This document shows, in pieces, positions 8,295 through 17,321 of a stretch of 17,321 nt of DNA. The DNA is taken from NCBI GenBank assembly GCA_964019335.1, contig OZ025772.1:1-17321 (forward strand), given 5' to 3'. Position 1 is the stretch's first letter, and every line of letters starts with the position of its first letter. The position numbers were made by a program, and so were the translations under genes. Below the pieces are notes generated by a model that worked only from the letters and a program-made list of their open reading frames with translations, was not told the origin of the DNA and did not search any database. Source of the DNA: Diplonema japonicum. Taxonomy: Eukaryota > Protista > Euglenozoa: Diplonemea.

Positions 8295-11200
8295 TTCTAC
8301 AGGATGATGTACTAGCACAGGCCTGCATCACTGCTGGTGCTTCCACCTGCATTGCTTAGCTATGATACTACTGCTAACAGTGTCTCCTTACTGATAGTAC
8401 TATGGATATACTACTGATAGTACTGGTAGCACTACATGCATTGGCATGAGTACTTACCATTGTACTTACTACAGTATATACTACTGATAGTACTATGGAT
8501 ATACTTCCCTAGAGATAGCACACCATCATCCTCATGACTAGGATATGGTATGAGATACTCTCTGTAGTACTGGTGGTATTCCCACAGGCATTGTTGCCTA
8601 GGATGTACACCACCACCATTCCCTTCTCTAGGGATAATGGAGTAGCTACAGTATGAGGGATAATGGAGTAGCTACAGTATGAGGTACATGGTTGGTAGAG
8701 TATACCGCCACCATCCTCATGACTAGGATATGAGGTACATGGTTACTAGAGTATACTGCCAGCATACTCTGTAGATGGTATGGCTAGAGAGCACAGCTGC
8801 TCTTCTAGTAGATAATACCTCTACTCTGTACATCCCATGATCCATGCATGACATGATCTATGGTAATGATACCGTTAGTGGTATGCTCCATGATGTCATG
8901 GCTAGAGAGATGGTATGTTCTCCCACTCTCTGGATATGCTGGCATCCTTAGGATGTACCATCATGCCATGATATGATAATACTACTACTATGATAAGTAG
9001 GCATACACACTGTGTTAGTGCTAGTACATGTATATGATATACTGTATGTACTACTACACAGAGTACTTACATGATAAGTAGTATGCTGGTATCTCTACAG
9101 ACACTCTCAGGATGTGGTGGTGTCTAGAGATGGTATCCAAGCTAGGGATCCTGGGATCTAGAGGTTGGGTCTCCACCCCTGGGATCCTGGGATCTAGAGA
9201 AGGGGTCCCCATCCCCAGGATGATGTCATGAGGGGATGAGTAGAGCTATGATACCATTAATACAGTTAGTACATCATTATGTAATACTAGTATTATGCAT
9301 GTACATATATCCTCCGTATGCATGGGATAGATATATGATACATACACAGTACTTACATAGTATGTAATGATAGTATTATAGTTATCTCTACAGACACTCT
9401 CAGGATGTGGTGGTGTCTAGAGATGGTATCCAAGCTAGGGATCCTGGGATCTAGAGGTTGGGTCTCCACCCCTGGGATCCTGGGATCTAGAGAAGGGGTC
9501 CCCATCCCCAGGATGATGTCATGAGGGGATGAGTAGGGTTATGATACCATTAATACAGTTAGTACATCATTATGTAATACTAGTATTATGCATGTACATA
9601 TATCCCCCGTATACATGGGATAGATATATGATACATACACAGTACTTACATAGTATGTAATGATGGTATTATAGGTGGTAATAGGAGGGTATATTGAGGG
9701 GTCCCAGAAGGGCTGGATAAGGGGGCATGCTAGGGGTTTACGTCCCTGTAGCCCTCCGATTCCTGAACCCCTTCAGGGCTGTATCGGGTGAATTCGTAGA
9801 ATTACCCCGTAGGAGCCCTGGAATGGTTTACGTCCCTGTAGCCCTCCAATATTGGGACACCTCTCTGGGCTCCTACGGGTGATTTCTGCAAATTAACCCG
9901 CTACGTCCCAGAGAATATCTACGTCCCTGTAGCCCTCCAATTCCTGAAACCCTTGTGGGACACTACGTAAGAATTATGCAAATTACCTCGCTATATCCCC
10001 CACGCGCGCGCGCGCGCGTAAGGATAACTGTTAGGATAGTAAGGTGCCCCCAAGGTGTCCCCAAAGGGGTAGGGTATAGGACCCCCAATATAAGGGGGTA
10101 CAGAGAGGGGGGGTTAGGATAAGGGTCTAATACATAGGGGTTAGTAGACAGTGTGTAGGGGCTAATACCACAGTATACAAGGGATAATGTACTACCCCAT
10201 ACCAGTGGTTACATACTCTCTGCTAACAGTGTGTGTCTCTGGTAACAGTGTGTGTCTCTGCTAACAGGTACTTACTACAGGCCCCCATACGTGCCCTGCT
10301 ATGGAATCCCCTGTTATGAGATACCACTACCAGACACCCTACTTGTGCTACCCCCCAGAGAACACACCCTTCTGCTGGTGTTCCTGTTAGTTGGTGTTAT
10401 CCCCAGATGTATAGCTACACCCTTCTGGAGCACTGCTTGTGCTACTACATGTATTACTACACACTGTCTGTGTTACTCTCTGTGTTAGTGTGTAGTGTGT
10501 TACTGTACTTAGCTAAACAGTGTGCTTCCTCTTGTATGTTATGGATATCAGTACCTCTGGATGTACTCCCCACAGGCCTCCGTACCTCTGCTAACAGGTC
10601 CTAGCATCCCTAATCCCAGGATCTAAGGGTTCCGAGGGGTCCCAATCTAGGGGTTTACGTCCCTGTAGCTATGCAATTCCTGAAACCCTTGTGGGACACT
10701 ACGGATGAATTCGTAGAATTACCCCGCTATATCCCCCACGCGCGCGCGCGCGCGTAAGGACATGAGTCCATATACAGGTCTCTACACCCTAATCCCCAGG
10801 TTAAAGCACCCTTTCTAAGGATACCTCTGTACAGCACACCCGTTATCAGGGGTTACACACTGTCTGCTGTTCTCTGATAATGTGTAGTTACTGTACTTAC
10901 TGTTATCCCATGCATACTGTGGTATTACGTACTTCACACTGTCTATGTTCCTGTGTTATGGTACTTAGCTAAACAGTGTGTCTGTACTACCACCTGTATA
11001 TGCTCCCCACAGGTATCCCCAGATGTATAGCCACACCCTTATGGGATGATGTACTTACTATTAACATGTACTTCCATAGTTACTTACTTAGATACACTGT
11101 GTGAATACTGGTGCAACAACATATTCACTGTGTTACACTGTCTGTACTAATGGTAGCACTACATGTCCCTAATACTACAGTATACAAGGGATAATGTACT

Positions 11201-13395
11201 ACCTACATATTACTAGATATACCCTGTACACCTAGATACCCCTTTTAGGCCTGAAATGAGGTCCGAGGCTCACCGGGCCTTTTCCCAAAAAGGGGATATC
11301 ATTTCTCAGAATTGGTCTGGGACCATTCCCTTGAGTCTTCGAATAGAATGAGGTACCTACCAATAAAGTGGTATTTTGGGTATGCCCATAATCACCCCAT
11401 ATGACCTATCCTCTAGACACCCTATTATCTATGGTAGTACTATATGCCTCCATTGTGCTCTATGCACTACATACTATGTATTCCCTACGTACATACAGTA
11501 TGTATTGGTGTGCATGATATGGTATACAGTACATGGCACTGCATCCTGTGCATTGGTGCCATTGCCTGTACTACTAGATATGCCCCTGTTCCTATCCTTC
11601 GTACTTCTCCAGATTAGTGGTTTATTTAGTTCTCATGATTCCACTACTTCTGGTATCACTACCCTTCTCAGGATACCTCTGTACTACTGACAGCACTAGA
11701 TATCATAGTTAGCACAGCATGTATCCTCTGTGCTCTATGCACTGCACAGTACGTATTCCCTATGTACATACAGTATGTATTGGTGTGCATGATATCATAT
11801 ACAGTACATGGCACTGCATCCTGTGCATTGGTGCCATTGCCTGTGCTACTAGGATACCTCCGTACTTCCCTAGTTCCATACTCCTGGTATTCTCTGAGTT
11901 AGTACTTCTAGTATTCCACAGGTTCCTCCACTCTCAGGATACCTGTGCTACTGATATCATACTATGTACTAGCCATGATATCTATGACAGTACTACATGC
12001 ATCCATTGCACATGTAGCACTACACAGGATATATGCTCATGCATACTGTGTGTGTACTGGTGGTAGGATATGCTCTATGCCACACACTCAGTGTATTGGT
12101 GGCATTGCCTGTGTTAGTACTTCTAGTATTCCACTGGTTCCATACTCCTGTGTTCTCAGGGAATGGTGCCACTAGATATCTACTGCACAGCTAACATGGC
12201 ATCTCCTTCTGTACTATGCCATGGTATGTACTACAGGATGTACTACATGCATCCATTGCACATGTAGCACTACACAGGATATATGCTCATGCATACTGTG
12301 TGTGTATTGGTGTGCATGATATCATATACAGTGCATGGCACCACCACAGCTACTGGTGGTATTACCTGTGTTACCAGGGATGTACTACTTCAGGGATTCC
12401 CCAAGTTAGTGGTTCTCATGATTCCACTACTTCTGGTATCACTACCCTTCTCAGGATACCTCTGTACTACTCCTAGCACTAGATATCATAGTTAGCACAG
12501 TATGTATCCCCTGTGCTCTATGCACTACATACTATGTATTCCCTATGTACATACAGTATGTATTGGTGTGCATGATATCATATACAGTACATGGCACTGC
12601 ATCCTGTGCATTGGTGCCATTGCCTGTGCTACTAGGATACCTCCGTACTTCCCTAGTTCCATACTCCTGGTATTCTCTGAGTTAGTACTTCTAGTATTCC
12701 ACAGGTTCCTCCACTCTCAGGATACCTGTGCTACTGATATCATACTATGTACTAGCCATGATACCTATGACAGTACTACATGCATCCATTGCACATGTAG
12801 CACTACACAGGATATATGCTCATGCATACTGTGTGTGTACTGGTGGTAGGATATGCTCTATGCCACACACTCAGTGTATTGGTGGCATTGCCTGTGTTAG
12901 TACTTCTAGTATTCCACTGGTTCCATACTCCTGTGTTCTCAGGGAATGGTGCCACTAGATATCTACTGCACAGCTAACATGGCATCTCCTTCTGTACTAT
13001 GCCATGGTATGTACTACAGGATGTACTACTGATATCATACTATCTATATTGGGGATACATCCTCTGTGTGTCTGCCCATACTTAGGATAGTACTGCTTAG
13101 AGGTATTCATGCTTAGTTAGTATCCTTACCAGCATGTTCTCCTCATTATGAGATACATGGTTGGTAGAGTATACCGCCACCATCCTCATGAGATGGTATG
13201 GCTAGAGAGCACACCACATCCCTGGGATGTATTGGTGTCTGTACTCCCAGGATATACATGCCTGTACTCTCTGTACTACTCCTAGCACTACATGCATTAC
13301 CTGTGTTAGCTAGGAATGGCATGAGTACTTACCATTGTACTTACTACAGGATGTACTACTACTGATAGTACTGGTAGCACTGATACGATGGTAGT

Positions 13396-13530
13396 GATGG
13401 TGACTGTGTTCCTGGCAGAGCTAACAGCACATCATTAGCATGTACTCATTCAGGAGTACTCTACGGACAGTGCTCAGAGATATGTGGTAGCTTACATGGC
13501 TTCATGCCATTGGTAGTAGCATGAGCATGA
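13396..13530 (+). CDS. cox2: cox2 C-terminal module, copy 3
   Basis: Same sequence as 1851-1985. Confidence 0.93.
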
Positions 13531-13560
13531 GTACATTACCTCCGTACTACTCCTAGCACT

Positions 13561-13851
13561 ATGGATGTACTACTGATAGTACTGGTAGCACTACATGCAT
13601 TGGCATGAGTACTTACCATTGTACTTACTGATAGTACGACAGGCACAGCTGTAGGTATCATGGACATGATGTGCTTAGCTATGGTCAGCATCAAGAGTGT
13701 GCTCTTGGGACTGCACTCCTGGTTACCTGATGCTATGGAAGGACCCACTGCAGTGAGTGCTGTCATTCATGCAGCTACCTTGGTTGTAGCAGGAGTAGTA
13801 TGGATAGCACGTACGCTGTGCTCTCTGTGAGTATGTAGCACTAGCATTGCT
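13561..13851 (+). CDS. nad5: nad5 internal module, copy 3
   Basis: Same sequence as 2016-2306. Confidence 0.93.
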
Positions 13852-13946
13852 TACAGTATATACTACTGATAGTACTGGTAGCACTACATGCATTGGCATG
13901 AGTACTTACCATTGTACTTACTACAGTAGATACGGTGGTGGTGGTG

Positions 13947-14063
13947 GCATGAGTAGATGAGGTAGCCATCAGGAGAGTCAGGGACTCTTCGTGGTAAGCC
14001 TAGTGCTCCACTCATGTGCATCCCTCAGAAGACACAGGTTGTGCCTAGAAGGAACACCAGTAC
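13947..14063 (-). CDS. cox1: cox1 internal module, copy 3
   Basis: Same sequence as 2402-2518. Confidence 0.88.
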
Positions 14064-17000
14064 TTCTACAGGATGATGTACTAGCACAGGCCTGCATCAC
14101 TGCTGGTGCTTCCACCTGCATTGCTTAGCTATGATACTACTGCTAACAGTGTCTCCTTACTGATAGTACTATGGATATACTACTGATAGTACTGGTAGCA
14201 CTACATGCATTGGCATGAGTACTTACCATTGTACTTACTACAGTATATACTACTGATAGTACTATGGATATACTTCCCTAGAGATAGCACACCATCATCC
14301 TCATGACTAGGATATGGTATGAGATACTCTCTGTAGTACTGGTGGTATTCCCACAGGCATTGTTGCCTAGGATGTACACCACCACCATTCCCTTCTCTAG
14401 GGATAATGGAGTAGCTACAGTATGAGGTACATGGTTGGTAGAGTATACCGCCACCATCCTCATGACTAGGATATGAGGTACATGGTTACTAGAGTATACT
14501 GCCAGCATACTCTGTAGATGGTATGGCTAGAGAGCACAGCTGCTCTTCTAGTAGATAATACCTCTACTCTGTACATCCCATGATCCATGCATGACATGAT
14601 CTATGGTAATGATACCGTTAGTGGTATGCTCCATGATGTCATGGCTAGAGAGATGGTATGTTCTCCCACTCTCTGGATATGCTGGCATCCTTAGGATGTA
14701 CCATCATGCCATGATATGATAATACTACTACTATGATAAGTAGGCATACACACTGTGTTAGTGCTAGTACATGTATATGATATACTGTATGTACTACTAC
14801 ACAGAGTACTTACATGATAAGTAGTATGCTGGTATCTCTACAGACACTCTCAGGATGTGGTGGTGTCTAGAGATGGTATCCAAGCTAGGGATCCTGGGAT
14901 CTAGAGGTTGGGTCTCCACCCCTGGGATCCTGGGATCTAGAGAAGGGGTCCCCATCCCCAGGATGATGTCATGAGGGGATGAGTAGAGCTATGATACCAT
15001 TAATACAGTTAGTACATCATTATGTAATACTAGTATTATGCATGTACATATATCCTCCGTATGCATGGGATAGATATATGATACATACACAGTACTTACA
15101 TAGTATGTAATGATAGTATTATAGTTATCTCTACAGACACTCTCAGGATGTGGTGGTGTCTAGAGATGGTATCCAAGCTAGGGATCCTGGGATCTAGAGG
15201 TTGGGTCTCCACCCCTGGGATCCTGGGATCTAGAGAAGGGGTCCCCATCCCCAGGATGATGTCATGAGGGGATGAGTAGGGTTATGATACCATTAATACA
15301 GTTAGTACATCATTATGTAATACTAGTATTATGCATGTACATATATCCCCCGTATACATGGGATAGATATATGATACATACACAGTACTTACATAGTATG
15401 TAATGATGGTATTATAGGTGGTAATAGGAGGGTATATTGAGGGGTCCCAGAAGGGCTGGATAAGGGGGCATGCTAGGGGGTTTACGTCCCTGTAGCCCTC
15501 CGATTCCTGAACCCCTTCAGGGCTGTATCGGGTGAATTCGTAGAATTACCCCGTAGGAGCCCTGGAATGGTTTACGTCCCTGTAGCCCTCCAATATTGGG
15601 ACACCTCTCTGGGCTCCTACGGGTGATTTCTGCAAATTAACCCGCTACGTCCCAGAGAATATCTACGTCCCTGTAGCCCTCCAATTCCTGAAACCCTTGT
15701 GGGACACTACGTAAGAATTATGCAAATTACCTCGCTATATCCCCCACGCGCGCGCGCGCGCGTAAGGATAACTGTTAGGATAGTAAGGTGCCCCCAAGGT
15801 GTCCCCAAAGGGGTAGGGTATAGGACCCCCAATATAAGGGGGTACAGAGAGGGGGGGTTAGGATAAGGGTCTAATACATAGGGGTTAGTAGACAGTGTGT
15901 AGACAAGGGGTTAGTTAGTAGACAGTGTGTAGGGGCTAATACCACAGTATACAAGGGATAATGTACTACCCCATACCAGTGGTTACATACTCTCTGCTAA
16001 CAGTGTGTGTCTCTGGTAACAGTGTGTGTCTCTGCTAACAGGTACTTACTACAGGCCCCCATACGTGCCCTGCTATGGAATCCCCTGTTATGAGATACCA
16101 CTACCAGACACCCTACTTGTGCTACCCCCCAGAGAACACACCCTTCTGCTGGTGTTCCTGTTAGTTGGTGTTATCCCCAGATGTATAGCTACACCCTTCT
16201 GGAGCACTGCTTGTGCTACTACATGTATTACTACACACTGTCTGTGTTACTCTCTGTGTTAGTGTGTAGTGTGTTACTGTACTTAGCTAAACAGTGTGCT
16301 TCCTCTTGTATGTTATGGATATCAGTACCTCTGGATGTACTCCCCACAGGCCTCCGTACCTCTGCTAACAGGTCCTAGCATCCCTAATCCCAGGATCTAA
16401 GGGTTCCGAGGGGTCCCAATCTAGGGGTTTACGTCCCTGTAGCTATGCAATTCCTGAAACCCTTGTGGGACACTACGGATGAATTCGTAGAATTACCCCG
16501 CTATATCCCCCACGCGCGCGCGCGCGCGTAAGGACATGAGTCCATATACAGGTCTCTACACCCTAATCCCCAGGTTAAAGCACCCTTTCTAAGGATACCT
16601 CTGTACAGCACACCCGTTATCAGGGGTTACACACTGTCTGCTGTTCTCTGATAATGTGTAGTTACTGTACTTACTGTTATCCCATGCATACTGTGGTATT
16701 ACGTACTTCACACTGTCTATGTTCCTGTGTTATGGTACTTAGCTAAACAGTGTGTCTGTACTACCACCTGTATATGCTCCCCACAGGTATCCCCAGATGT
16801 ATAGCCACACCCTTATGGGATGATGTACTTACTATTAACATGTACTTCCATAGTTACTTACTTAGATACACTGTGTGAATACTGGTGCAACAACATATTC
16901 ACTGTGTTACACTGTCTGTACTAATGGTAGCACTACATGTCCCTAATACTACAGTATACAAGGGATAATGTACTACCTACATATTACTAGATATACCCTG

Positions 17001-17321
17001 TACACCTAGATACCCCTTTTAGGCCTGAAATGAGGTCCGAGGCTCACCGGGCCTTTTCCCAAAAAGGGGATATCATTTCTCAGAATTGGTCTGGGACCAT
17101 TCCCTTGAGTCTTCGAATAGAATGAGGTACCTACCAATAAAGTGGTATTTTGGGTATGCCCATAATCACCCCATATGACCTATCCTCTAGACACCCTATT
17201 ATCTATGGTAGTACTATATGCCTCCATTGTGCTCTATGCACTACATACTATGTATTCCCTACGTACATACAGTATGTATTGGTGTGCATGATATGGTATA
17301 CAGTACATGGCACTGCATCCT

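Larger units (their letters stand above)
5777..11547. repeat. Unit copy 2 (5771 bp)
   Basis: Colinear with copy 1. Indels of -3 (~7487), +3 (~7800), +26 (~8657), -1 (~9733) and -30 (~10158) sum to the -5 length difference. Confidence 0.95.
11548..17321. repeat. Unit copy 3 (5774 bp)
   Basis: Colinear with copy 1 apart from a variant patch at ~12418-12440 (net -2). Confidence 0.95.

Noticed and set aside
1-17321. Phage, plasmid, transposon, satellite DNA or kinetoplast minicircle
   Set aside because: No rep, capsid or transposase ORF. There is no exact UMS or gRNA cassette. Intact respiratory gene modules fit a diplonemid-type chromosome better.

Overview
This window is not bacterial. It holds three head-to-tail, near-identical copies of one ~5.77-kb unit (1-5776, 5777-11547, 11548-17321), and the last bases run seamlessly back into base 1, so it looks like a small circular DNA read three times. 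Most of each unit is non-coding, CpG-poor and internally repetitive. A ~0.8-kb unique cassette (~1840-2615) carries three short gene pieces that the ORF track misses because they lack their own start/stop and use TGA=Trp: the CuA-binding C-terminal piece of cox2 (+), an internal piece of nad5 (+) and an internal piece of cox1 (-). This architecture matches a diplonemid (Euglenozoa) mitochondrial chromosome, in which genes are fragmented into modules on many circles and joined by RNA trans-splicing. That system is known, but I cannot identify the species. Specific points of interest are the multi-gene cassette, a 62-bp motif punctuating the modules, an unassigned fourth unique segment and hairpin/(CG)8 elements. 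Module boundaries are approximate and translations were done by hand.
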